NCBI GenBank assembly: GCA_002269645.1
Contig: NIVC01003208.1
Span: 1 to 64,000, forward strand
From: Macrostomum lignano
Taxonomy: Eukaryota
Length of the DNA stretch: 64,000 nt
Reading direction: 5' to 3'
In this document: piece by piece, positions 12,896 through 25,009 of the stretch
Numbering within the stretch: the first letter of the stretch is position 1
Layout: each line of letters starts with the position of its first letter
Notes under the pieces: generated by a model
The model's database searches: none
The model's input: only the letters and a program-made list of their open reading frames with translations
Told to the model about the DNA's origin: nothing
Position numbers and translations under genes: made by a program

Positions 12896-15599
12896 GGTGC
12901 AAGCTGAAACAGTAGGATTATATAATTTTGCTGAGACATTGTGTAAAAATATGAGACATTGCAAAAGTTTCTAGATTGCATTTACTGCAATAACAGGAGA
13001 TTTAAATGAGTTGAAATTTTAGCCACAACTCTCCTGCATATCTACTCTATTGAAATGGTAAAACTGCAAAAACAATTTGAAATGCTTAGCTCATTAGCTC
13101 ATAACTCCTAAGCTTATACTCATGAAACTCATATAAGGGCTATTAAAAAAGTTCTGCATATTGGTTAATAACTTCAGAAGTTCATGCACTAATGTGCTAA
13201 TATTTAGCATGCACAATCTATGATATCTGCTTATTCAGTTTCAATTTTCTGCCTTAATATATAATAATTATTATTATTAGGCTGTTTAGTACAAAAGCTA
13301 AAGGAGTCCCTACACATACCCTCAATTATCCCAGCTAATGCTAGTACCCATTTACAGCTAGGTGAACTGAAGCAATGCAGAGTTAAGTGTTGTTCAAGGA
13401 CATAAATTGTTCCCAATGGGTTTGGAATCAAATCCTTAACTTTTTAGTTGTAAGTCTAATGGCATAGCTGGCATAGCACCATTTCATACCTTTGTTTTGA
13501 GTCACTATAGTAAGCCAAGTTCACTGTATCTCACTCATATGACTCATATGACTCAACTGTAGGTCATTTGGCTAATACTTTGAATATGCGGACATACCTA
13601 TCTCTTAAGTGGTTATGTATCAAATTTTATTTCATTGCTAACTTATTTTACAATGAAGATACACAATGGTATTGACTTTGACAACCTGCTACTTTGGCTT
13701 AATAACAATATAAGGGGAAAATTGAGACCCTAAGTAAGCAATTATCATAGTCTATGTGTCAAATACTAGCTCATAAAAAACATATATATGCTTTTAAAGT
13801 TATTAAACAAACTAGAAATTTTCTAACAGCCTTTATAAACTATTTTTTTAAGTTAAAAACAGGCAATTTTTTAATACTTAAAATATAACTCCAATCTGTT
13901 CTACAAGTATCAGGCTTATAAAACTGTATATAAGCATACTGAATACACAAGTTAATTTAGTCTATATATATTATTAGACCCTATAAGTCCTAGGATTTAT
14001 ACTTAAATAGGAACTTCAATAAGGGTCCCATGGCTTGCCAATATTCAAAAGGCAAATTTGAATAAAAATATACTTTTTTTCAAATGAAAAACTTTGCAGT
14101 ATAATGATATGGATTAGAAAGCAAATATTAATTAGAAATAAAAGAAAAAGTAAAACCTAAAAAACAAAAAACAAAAATAGGACTGGCTTTCAATGCCAAT
14201 GGGATTATAATAAACTATATTATCTTTTTCGTAGAAAAGAATAAGGCCCTTGGCCTTATTAAAAACAAAAAATGTTTCAGACACTAGTATAAAAGTTTAT
14301 TATAAAATACAAAGCCTTTATGTTAAAAATTTCAAACTATTTTTTCTATTCTTAACTAATCTGTTTATTTGATATACTTAAAATTTTAATAAACTTCTTA
14401 CTATTTTGAATTTTTCAACATTGTTGGTAATGGTGTTTGTTAGCATTGTTGTCCTAATTAGGAAACAACATTTGTATGCTTAAATGTTTATTATAAGAAG
14501 ACACAAATTATAGACAAATGGCAATAGCAATAAATAATTAAATTATTTTTGATATTTTCTTCTTATTATGCATTTAAGTTTAAGGCTAATTTCTGTAAGC
14601 ATTGTTACAAAGCTTTTGGGTTTTATAGTTGTATTGGATTCATTTTTAATAATAGTTAAAAAAAAGGATTAAAAAAGTTTAAAAAATATAATTAGTTTAA
14701 GTTAATTTTTAGAATATTTTTTACAATATCTAAGACTAAGTCAAGATGTTAATTGCAAGATAGGCCTAATATATTATCTAAATAAGCTAAGAATAAGACT
14801 AGGATTAGGTAGGATTATAGGCCTATATAGACATATTGCAGGCATAAACTTATTAATATTAGGTAAGATTATAAAAGTTTAAGGCGGCCTAGATATTTAA
14901 ATCAAGACATCTTATTTTATTTGTACAAAAACCTATCCTCCTATTAGTATGATAGACAAACTAGGCCTAGATAGTTATAGTTATAGTTATGTCAAGTTCT
15001 ATATATTACATATTATATTTTGCTTATTTGACAAAGCTATTTGAATAATGAATAGGTTAACTTAAAGGAGCTTGCTGCAACCAAATGCAATTGTCAACAA
15101 ACATGTCGGCATAGCCATGCCAATAGGACATAGGTATGTCGTTTTGACTTCGTTTTAGGAAATTGTGTCTGTGTAGTTATTTAGTTTTGTGTGTGATATG
15201 AAATATTACATCTACGATCTATGAAATATTACATAGACCTACATAATTTGTCATTTGGTTTTCAGCTTACTAATTTTACACTCGATGAAAAATGATAAAT
15301 AGCTAAATAGCCTAATAGTAGTAAATTGCTCAGGCAAACAGCCTGTTTGGCCAGTAAGAATAAGAACTACTTTTCGTCCTAAGATTTATTGTGAACAGGC
15401 TATTTATCGTAATAAGAATATATACTAAAATTATAGTAATTGTATTTATTGTAAAAAGATTTATTGTAAGAAATATTAAAATGAAATTTTTCAAATTTTC
15501 AATAATGCAGTTTTCAAAACGTTATAAAACTCTGTATACTCCTAGTTTTCTCATGCAGAGCGCCGAGAAAAAAATATAAACTCTTTCTTTATTAACTGA

Positions 15600-16250
15600 G
15601 GTCATTTACCTGCCTAAACTTGAGGTTGCTTTTTAGTTTGTTATTTGAAGACAAAAATTCACAGCTGATTATTCAATGATTTCAAATTTTGCTCGGAAGT
15701 GTTTTTAATGAATTTGTTCAAATTGAACTGACTTATGATAATCGATTAGTGTCTGGGTAAAGTCCTGCATGTCAATTTTCAGCGACAGAGAGCAAGAAGA
15801 AGTACTCGAAATCGAATATCAATTTATTACAATGATTGTAAAGCAAACTGTAAAAAATCCTTTCAATCTGTAGCCGTAATTTTTTTTAAGTCGGTTTATC
15901 TCCTGAATGATATTTCTTCTGTAAAAAATCATGGCGTTTGGTGCTTTAAAAGCAGAGATTTTTGTTATTTCCGAATATCGATCTTGAATATCGCTCGGGG
16001 AATCCCTGCATTATTATTTCTCCTGCAAGTTGAGTTGACATTGTTATCATTAACTCAAATAAAAATAAAAGCTTTATTTTATTTAACGTTTTAGTTTTTA
16101 GCTTTTCTCACCTCAATCCTTCTAATTTCTAAAGTTGTGCTATTTAATTTAGATAAGTCAAACTTTAGAATTGAACATTGAAGGCCTTTATTATTCCGTC
16201 CGTTATTTAATGCTAGCTAAATTAAATAATGCAACACCAACTGGTCACTA
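15600..16250. promoter_or_regulatory. Candidate bidirectional promoter for PFK (-) and CK1a (+): CpG-retaining patch
   Basis: About 15 CG in 15661-16210 versus 2 CG in 12870-14884 at visually similar AT content. Lies between divergent genes. Minus-strand donor CAG|GTAAAT at 15610/15609 could end a PFK 5'UTR exon. Inference only. Confidence 0.4.
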
Positions 16251-17629
16251 AATAAACAATTTGAGTTTTTGAAGCTGAGAAAAGAATTTGATTTTATCGT
16301 AAAAGAAGCTAAGGTTTTTAGTAAGTAAAAACCAAAAATATGATTAAGCCTAGACCTATTTGAATTCAATTGACATATATCAATATCAATATATGGGCAT
16401 CGTTTTCCAGAAAACCTAGCAAAATCAACAGCTACAAAAGTTGAGTATCTAGGCTTAGGACCTTTTCCCAGACATAAAGAACAATTTAGGATATGATTTT
16501 GCATCTTAGTGCCAAGGTACTTAGGCCTATGTACTTAGGATGCTATATAGTATCCTGACTTTCCAAATTGTATTCTGAAATTAGACCTAAGCTGTGATTT
16601 CATAAATATAATTGCAATTCAGCTCTAAGAGTCCAAGTTTTCTTATAGTTTCACTACATATTGTCTTATCTATATGGCACACTAACATTCAATTCAAAAT
16701 AGCTGGCCTATATTTAATAAGTGCAGCCCATTTTGGCAAAGGAATTTTTTGCAAAAGATGCTTTAGGCCTAGTAAAAGTGATTTTTTAGTTTAAATCAAT
16801 ATATATTTTGGTGAAAGAAAGTGACAGTTTAGTGAAAAGATTGGCTATATAATACATATATAATTACAAATATAGGCCCCCCCTATATTTGGTGAATCGG
16901 TGATTGAAGCCTTAAAAAATTATTCATTGCTGCAAATTAAATTATTTGCAGTTAGAAAATTTAAAAACTCATGCTATGGTAGTTATGGTATTTACATGCA
17001 ATCTATTGATATGCAATCAATTGATTAGGGATAATAATGGTGTGTAACTTTTGGTTTTAAAGTTGTTCCACTAGTTCTAGTTCCTAAAATCGTACTTTGA
17101 AATCCTGTTGTAATGGAAGGGCATCCAATAAAACAACTATATTATTAGCCATTATGTTAAGTATTTTTTGCCATTATTGACTTTTGTCAAAAATTCTTTC
17201 ACCAAAATGGATTGAAACCTATTTAAAAAGTTTAATAATTAGGAAGTCTAATAACCTATTAAGTTTGCTATCTTATTATTAGGCAAGTAGGTATTCATGT
17301 CATTTTTATTAATATAAAATTGTAGAAAAGATTTCTACTTTTTTTAGTTCTTAGTTACTAAATATAATTTTTAATGAATTTAAACTAGGCCTAAATAAGC
17401 CTATTTAAAAATAAAAAATAATACAAAAATAGCCTACTTCATTAGTTAGGTCCACTATAGCATAGTTTAAATAAATTAGCCATAAAATAGCAGTCTAAAG
17501 GTAATAGCAAAGAAGCAAATACTCTAAAGTAACAAGAGTTAATATAATGTGCATCATTGCCTCCCACTATTTTTGGATATTTGGAGCCAAAGTCAGAGTA
17601 ATTTGAGGTATTAATATGAGTTTATACAT

Positions 17630-18192
17630 CATACATGCGCAACTGTTGGCCAACCTGGCCAATCCAGCCAATGTAAATTGTGGTGGACCAGGGGTAAGTT
17701 GCAAAAATGCCCACCCCAAAGAATACAGACGTAGTACTAATTAGATGATGAGGCATTTAGCCCTTATAAAACAGTTATAGTTACTCCTGCAGTTTACCCA
17801 AAATTGTGTTTTTTTGCTTTAGGGTTTCTTTCACAGGTAAATTGTATTTTTGGTCAAAAAGTAAGTTGCATGGCCAGTGTAAATCAGGGGGGTTGCACAT
17901 GTATCTTATACATGTGTAACTGGCAACCCCCCATTTATATTGGCCATGTGCTATGTGACTTACTTTTTGACCAAAAATGTAAATAACCTATAAAAAAACA
18001 CTAAAGCAAAATTAATATAATTTTGGGTAAATGGCACAAGTAACTTGACTATCTTATTAAGGCTAAATGCCTCATCAGTTTTTTAGTAATATGTCTATAT
18101 TTTTAGGTGGGCATTTTTGCAACATTTTCCTTGTGCATCATAGTTTATAATTAGCTAGATCTGCTAGGTTAGCCAGCAGTTGTGCATGTATG
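17630..18192. mobile_element. Foldback/MITE-like palindromic element, ~560 bp, possibly TA-flanked (Tc1/mariner-type)
   Basis: 17630-17904 aligns by eye with the reverse complement of 17908-18192 (e.g. GTTGCAAAAATGCCCACC, TGATGAGGCATTTAGCC, TTTACCCAAAATT, ATTTTTGGTCAAAAAGTAAGT); 3-nt loop CTT at 17905-17907; TA at 17632-33 and 18189-90. Confidence 0.85.
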
Positions 18193-19014
18193 TGTGGGCT
18201 ATTTTTAGCTATTCCTACTATTAATGGTATTTGTATATTTATATTGATTTTTTATTTTACTTTTTAATAATATATGCTAATATGCATTGGCAAACTATAC
18301 TATAAATAAAAACTTTTTCTAGTCAAGAAGCCTAAACCTACTATTTTATCTAGAAATTATTTGGCAATTGGATTGAAAAAGTATATTAATATAAATATTA
18401 ATATAACTGTTCATTCTATGGGACACCCTACTGAACTCTGCTTTATAAATTCCTAGGCATGCTCAATGGGATTCTAGAGACTGATAGCCAAGTGCTATTA
18501 GGTTTCATTGTACTATACCTGCCTCCCTCCCTCCCAATTCCCCTATGCTGCACTTAGTGCTGGCAATGGCAGCCTTTATACACTTAAATTACCAATGGCA
18601 TGCAAAACACTTGGCCTATGTTATTGAGTATATATTGCCTTACATACCTGAATATGTGTGTCTCATAAAAGTTTAGTAAATTAAATAAAATCATAGTATG
18701 GTAAATTGTATTGAATCAAAATGCATTGTATGGCATTTGTATGCTTTGAGGGTGAGAATAGGAAAAATCCTGTTTACTTTAGCTCAGTGGAATAAAAATA
18801 ATTGTTCCTACTGTTTGAAATAGTGTAATATATGCTCATTGGCTAGCATAATTTTTGTTGTAATTAATCTGTCCAAAGCACTATATGTGATAATGGGGGT
18901 ATATAAATCTTATCATAATTACTTATCCCACTGTTGCTGCTGTGAGCCCCAGGCCCCTCCCCGCCCAGCTGCTAGGAGACCCCTGAGAACAGCTCGAAAC
19001 TGGCCAATCCGCAG

Positions 19015-22000
19015 ATGGACCCGCAGGTGGTTAGGAAGACGGACTTCGTTGTCGGGGGCAAGTACAAGCTGACCCGCAAGATTGGCAGCGGCTCCTTTGG
19101 CGAGATCTACCTTGGCGTGAGCATCATCAATGGCGAGGAGGTGGCCGTGAAGCTGGAACCTGTCACTGCGCGTCATCCCCAGCTGCTGTATGAGAGCAAG
19201 GTGTACAAAATTCTGCAGGACGGCATTGGCATTCCCAGCGTCAGGTGCGGGCTGCTTCTGTCTGCATTCGCTGTGTCCTCTGTCTGCATTCTGTATCCTG
19301 TCTGCATTCTGTGTTCTCTGCCTGCGTTCTCTGTGTCCTGTCTGCATTCTGTATCCTGTCTGCATTCTGTGTTCTCTGCCTGCGTTCTCTGTGTCCTCTG
19401 TCTGCATTCTGTATCCTGTCTGCATTCTGTGTTCTCTGCCTGCGTTCTCTGTGTCCTGTCTGCATTCTGTGTATCCTCTGTCTGCATTCTCTGTGTTCTC
19501 TGCCTGCATTCTCTGTGTTCTCTGTCTGCATTCTCTGTCCTCTGTCTGCATTCTGTGTTCTCTGTCTGCATTCTCTGTGTTCTCTGCCTGCATTCTCTGT
19601 GTTCTCTGTCTGCATTCTCTGTGTTCTCTGCCTGCATTCTCTGTGTTCTCTGTCTGCATTCTGTGTATCCTCTGTCTGCATTCTCTGTGTTCTCTGTCTG
19701 CATTCTCTGTGTTCTCTGTCTGCATTCTCTGTGTCCTCTGTCTGCATTCTGTGTTCTCTGTCTGCATTCTCTGTGTCCTGTCTGCATTCTGTGTATCCTC
19801 TGTCTGCATTCTCTGTGTTCTCTGCCTGCATTCTCTGTGTTCTCTGTCTGCATTCTCTGTCCTCTGTCTGCATTCTGTGTTCTCTGTCTGCATTCTCTGT
19901 GTTCTCTGTCTGCATTCTGTGTATCCTCTGTCTGCATTCTCTGTGTTCTCTGTCTGCATTCTGTGTATCCTCTGTCTGCATTCTCTGTGTTCTCTGCCTG
20001 CATTCTCTGTGTTCTCTGTCTGCATTCTCTGTGTTCTCTGCCTGCATTCTCTGTGTTCTCTGTCTGCATTCTCTGTGTTCTCTGCCTGCATTCTCTGTGT
20101 TCTCTGTCTGCATTCTCTGTGTCCTCTGTCTGCATTCTGTGTTCTCTGTCTGCATTCTCTGTGTTCTCTGCCTGCATTCTCTGTGTTCTCTGTCTGCATT
20201 CTCTGTCCTCTGTCTGCATTCTGTGTTCTCTGTCTGCATTCTCTGTGTTCTCTGTCTGCATTCTCTGTGTCCTCTGTCTGCATTCTGTGTCCTCTGTCTG
20301 CATTCTGTGTCCTCTGTCTGCATTCTCTGTGTCCTCTGTCTGACGTGCCTGAGCCGTGTCCCATCAGTGCCTCACACAGCGCTGCCCCTGACCCGCAGGT
20401 GGTACGGCCAGGACGGCGTGAAGAACCAGTACAACTGCCTGGTGATGGACCTGCTGGGCCCCAGCCTGGAGGACCTGTTCACCTTCTGCTCCCGCCGCTT
20501 CACTATGAAGACCGTGCTGATGCTGGCCGACCAGATGCTGTGCCGCATCGAGTTCGTGCACAACAAGAACTTCATTCACAGGTGAGGCGCATCGGTCTCT
20601 GCGCATTAGGGTTCATTTGCTGAGCGCCTATTTTTATCTTACGCTGCATTTCCTGACAGACAGCTCGGCAATCGGGCTGGGCTTTCCTGCCTGTTATCTG
20701 CGCCTTCCGCCCCGCACAATATGCGCTGCGAACTCCAGGCCTTCTAATTGAGTCCCCCTGCTCTGCCTCTCAGCTCTGCCCCCTGCATGCCTGCCCGCGT
20801 CCAAGTAATTTTTAATTACCGATTTGGGACGCCGGTCCCAGCTGACCCCCCCCCATCTGCCCTGGAATGACGCGCCGAACCTTAATTCGCATCTGTTGCG
20901 CAAGCTGTCTGTGATTGCGCAGTGATGGGCTTTTGCGCCGTCTGCTCTCGGTGTACTTTTATACTCGTAGTTTGCTATGGTGAAAGCTCACCTATGACTG
21001 GCACTGCCCCATTATAACCCCATGGCCTTCCTCATAACCCATCATGACCCATTGCCATCCCTCATAACCCATTTCCATCCCATTATGACCTATCGCCACC
21101 CCTCATGACCCATTTCCATCCAATTATGACCCATCGCCACCCCTCATGACCATCGCCATCCCTCATGACTCATCGCCATCCATAATGACTCATCGCCATC
21201 CTTAATGACTCATCGCCATCCATAATGACTCATCGCCATCCATAATGACCCATCGCCATCCCGCATGACCCATCGCCATCCCGCATGACCCATCGCCATC
21301 CCTCATGGCCCATCGCCATCCATAATGACCCATCGCCATCCCTCATGACTCATCGCCATCCCTCATGACCCATCGCCATCCCGCATGACCCATCGCCATC
21401 CCTCATGACCCATCGCCATCCATGACTCATCGCCATCCATAATGACCCATCGCCATCCCTCATGACCCATCGCCATCCCTCATGACCCATCGCCATCCCC
21501 AGGGACATCAAGCCCGACAACTTCCTGATGGGCATCGGGCGGCACTGCAACAAGCTGTTCCTGGTGGACTTCGGCCTGGCCAAGAAGTACCGGGACTCGC
21601 GCACCAAAACGCACATCCCCTACAGGGACGACAAGAACCTCACCGGCACCGCCCGCTACGCCTCCGTGAACGCCCACGCCGGCATCGAGCAGTCGCGTCG
21701 AGACGATCTCGAGAGTCTGGGTTACGTTTTCATGTACTTCCTCAGGTCTTCTCTGCCCTGGCAGGGGCTGAAGGTAGGTGTGCTCAGGAGCGACCCTCGC
21801 TAACCAGAGGTTGTGCTCATGACCCGCTAAATATTCAGGCTCACCCAAATCCCATTGGGTTTGGCGCCACCCAGACACCTAGATTCGATGGGGTTTGGCG
21901 CCACCCAGACACCTAGATCCCATTGGGTTTGGCGCCACCCAGACACCTAGATCCCATTGAGTTTGGCGCCACCTAGACACCCAGATCCCATTGGGTTTGG

Positions 22001-24508
22001 CGCCACCCAGACACCCAGATCCCATTGGGTTTGGCGCCACCCAGACACCCAGATTCGATGGGGTTTGGCGCCACCCAGACACCTAGATCCCATTGGGTTT
22101 GGCGCCACCCAGACACCCAGATTCGATGGGGTTTGGCGCCACCCAGACACCTACATCCCATTGGGTTTGGCGCCACCCAGACACCCAGATTCGATGGGGT
22201 TTGGCGCCACCCAGACACCTAGATCCCATTGGGTTTGGCGCCACCCAGACACCTAGATCCCATTGGGTTTGGCGCCACCCAGACACCCAGATTCGATGGG
22301 GTTTGGCGCCACCCAGACACCTAGATCCCATTGGGTTTGGCGCCACCCAGACACCCAGATTCGATGGGGTTTGGCGCCACCTAGACACCTAGATCCCATT
22401 GGGTTTGACGCCACCCAGACACCTAGATCCTATTGGGTTTGGCGCCACCCAGACACCTAGATCCCATTGAGTTTGGCGCCACCTAGACACCCAGATCCCA
22501 TTGGGTTTGGTGCCACCCAGACACCCAGATCCCATTGGGTTTGGCGCCACCCAGACACCCAGATTCGATGGGGTTTGGCGCCACCCAGACACCTAGATCC
22601 CATTGGGTTTGGCGCCACCTAGACACCCAGATTTGAAGGGGTTTGGCGCCCCCTGCTCAGTTCCTGACATCTATTGCACTGTCTAGCCAGCATTCGGTGC
22701 CGCATCATTCTGCAAAAATTCGATCAGCCTGCCCGAGCACCCAGCCGCGCCATCGCAGCCAGACTGCTGCTCTATTACTCGCCCTCATTCCTTTGCCACC
22801 CCCTGCACTCCAAGATGGAAAGCGTGGCGCTGCATGCAGAAAAGTTTTCAGCTGTTCCACTGAGCCCAGGGCGCGGTTACCCCCCCCCCGCCCTCTGCTC
22901 GCCTCTCCGCCATTGTGCCGCCACCCCCTCCCAGATACTTGGCTGCTGCTATCTGTAGCCCAGCTTCTTCCGCCCATCATCCAGCTGTTGTATTAGTACT
23001 CTGGCGGCTGGGTGGGTGCGCTGCGCTCAGGCCATCCAAGCCTGCCCCTGTCTGTCTGTCTGTCTTTCATTCAATTCAGCTCTTTGCCCACTGCTTCAAT
23101 TGTGTCTTTCATTGCCCTGCGCATGTCTGCCGCACAGTCTGACCAGCCGAAACTGCGCTTGATGTGACAATCTGTGACGCACATGTCTGTCTGTGGATTT
23201 CAGGGGCTTAACTTTCTTGTGAAGATTAAATCCTCTCTTGAGTTCGATGAGTTCGATGTTTAGCTGAAAATCCTATATCCTTTATCATATAACCATATCG
23301 GTCTCTCCCATCTGTCTCACTGTCATCTGTATCACCTATTTATCTCACTCATATCTGTTTAACTCCCACCAGTCTCACTCCCACCAGTCTCACTCCCAAC
23401 TGTCTCACTCCCACCAGTCTCACTCCCACCAGTCTCACTCCCACCAGTCTCACTCCCATCTGTCTCACTCCCACCAGTCTCACTCCCACCTGTCTCCCTC
23501 CCACCAGTCTCACTCCCAACTGTCTCACTCCCAACTGTCTCACTCCCACCGGTCTCACTCCCACCAGTCTCACTCCCACCAGTCTCACTCCCATCTGTCT
23601 CACTCCCACCAGTCTCACTCCCACCTGTCTCCCTCCCACCAGTCTCCCTCCCATCTGTCTCACTCCCATCTGTCTCACTCCCATCTGTCTCACTCCCATC
23701 TGTCTCACTCCCATCTGTCTCACTCCCACCAGTCTCACTCCCACCATTCTCCCCCCATCTGTCTCACTCCCACCAGTCTCCCTCCCATCTGTCTCACTCC
23801 CATCTGTCTCACTCCCACCAGTCTACCTCCCATCTGTCTCACTCCCACCAGTCTCACTCCCACCATTCTCCCCCCATCTGTCTCACTCCCACCAGTCTCC
23901 CCCCCCCATCTGTCTCACTCCAACCAGTCTCACTCCCACAGTCTCCCTCCCATCTGTCTCACTCCCACCAGTCTCACTCCCACCAGTCTCCCTCCCACCT
24001 GTCTCCCTCCCACCAGTCTCCCTCCCATCTGTCTCACTCCCACCAGTCTCACTCCCACCAGTCTCCCTCCCACCAGTCTCCCCCCATCTGTCTAACTCCC
24101 ACCAGTCTCACTCCCATCTGTCTCACTCCCACCAGTCTCCCTCCCACCTGTCTCACTCCCACCTGTCTGACCCCACCAGCCTCACTCTCACCCAGCGCCA
24201 CACCCGCCACCCAGGCGAACAACAAGAAGCAGAAATACGAGCGCATCTACGAGAAGAAGGTGTCCACGCCCATCGAGAGCCTGACCAAGGGCTACCCGCC
24301 CGAGTTCAGCCGCTACCTCAGCTACTGCCGCAACCTGAAGTTCGAAGAGGCCCCGGATTACCGCTGGCTGCGCGAGAACTTCCGCATCCTGTTCCGCACG
24401 CTCAACTTCGTGTTCGACTACGTGTTCGACTGGACCCTGCTGAAGCAGCGGGCCACCACGGCCGCCAGCAGCGCCGGCCTGGCCGCCAACCAGCCCGCGC
24501 ACAGGTGA
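19015..24508 (+). CDS. CSNK1A1: Casein kinase I isoform alpha, ~325 aa
   Basis: Exons 19015-19244, 20399-20581, 21503-21773, 24215-24508, phases consistent. [113 protein letters not shown] is diagnostic of the alpha class. Confidence 0.97.
19255..20342. repeat. 20-22-bp pyrimidine-rich minisatellite filling CK1a intron 1
   Basis: CTCTGTCTGCATTCTCTGTGTT-type units; source of six long repetitive ORFs. Confidence 0.95.
21035..21500. repeat. 20-bp minisatellite in CK1a intron 2, running up to the acceptor AG
   Basis: Unit CATGACCCATCGCCATCCCT; last unit ends CATCCCC-AG|GGAC at 21502. Confidence 0.9.
21848..22640. repeat. 34-bp minisatellite in CK1a intron 3
   Basis: Unit CCCATTGGGTTTGGCGCCACCCAGACACCTAGAT and a TCGATGGG variant. 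Confidence 0.95.
23365..24180. repeat. 15-bp C-rich minisatellite in CK1a intron 3
   Basis: TCTCACTCCCACCAG / TCTCACTCCCATCTG units. Confidence 0.95.
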
Positions 24509-25009
24509 ACTGGCCAGGCGGCCGCTGGGGTACTCGGGAGTCGGACAGTAGTTGCTGGCCCATGTTAGTTTCTTTTTTCTCTCTGCTGGTTGCTTTTATT
24601 TTGCCGTCAATTGTTGGCTCTTTTCCTCTGCGAGCTCTCAGTGTCGGGCCTTGCAGCGGCGAACGCTTTAATATCCCAGCCTGTTTCTATGGCGGATGGG
24701 GACTCGGGCCCGGGTTCGCTGACAAACCAGCGGCTTGATTTTTGTTTTTTTATGCGACAAACAGTTTCTTCTGCTGCACCGTTTCAAATTCGTGTTCAAT
24801 TATTGAATTTTAGCCGACAAATTCTCTTAATGTCCGATTTCTGCAGAGCCGCCTGTCTCAATTGAACTTTTATGAACCTTTCTGTTTTACTGCGTTATGT
24901 ACTTTTATGATTGCGCGCTGGGCGGCTCTCTGGGCCCCAGAACTCACCATTATTGATTCTGAGCTACACCTGTGCACCCGTGCTGCCCAGGCCTTGTGCT
25001 GTCTGTCTT

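Noticed and set aside
16805-17208. 15-bp inverted pair ATTTTGGTGAAAGAA / TTCTTTCACCAAAAT as a second MITE
   Set aside because: Short, AT-rich, no TSD, and a third partial copy near 16885; insufficient support.
18919-20623. Six 360-480-aa Cys-rich or RECRQRT ORFs on both strands
   Set aside because: All derive from the CK1a intron 1 minisatellite; the true exons splice around it.
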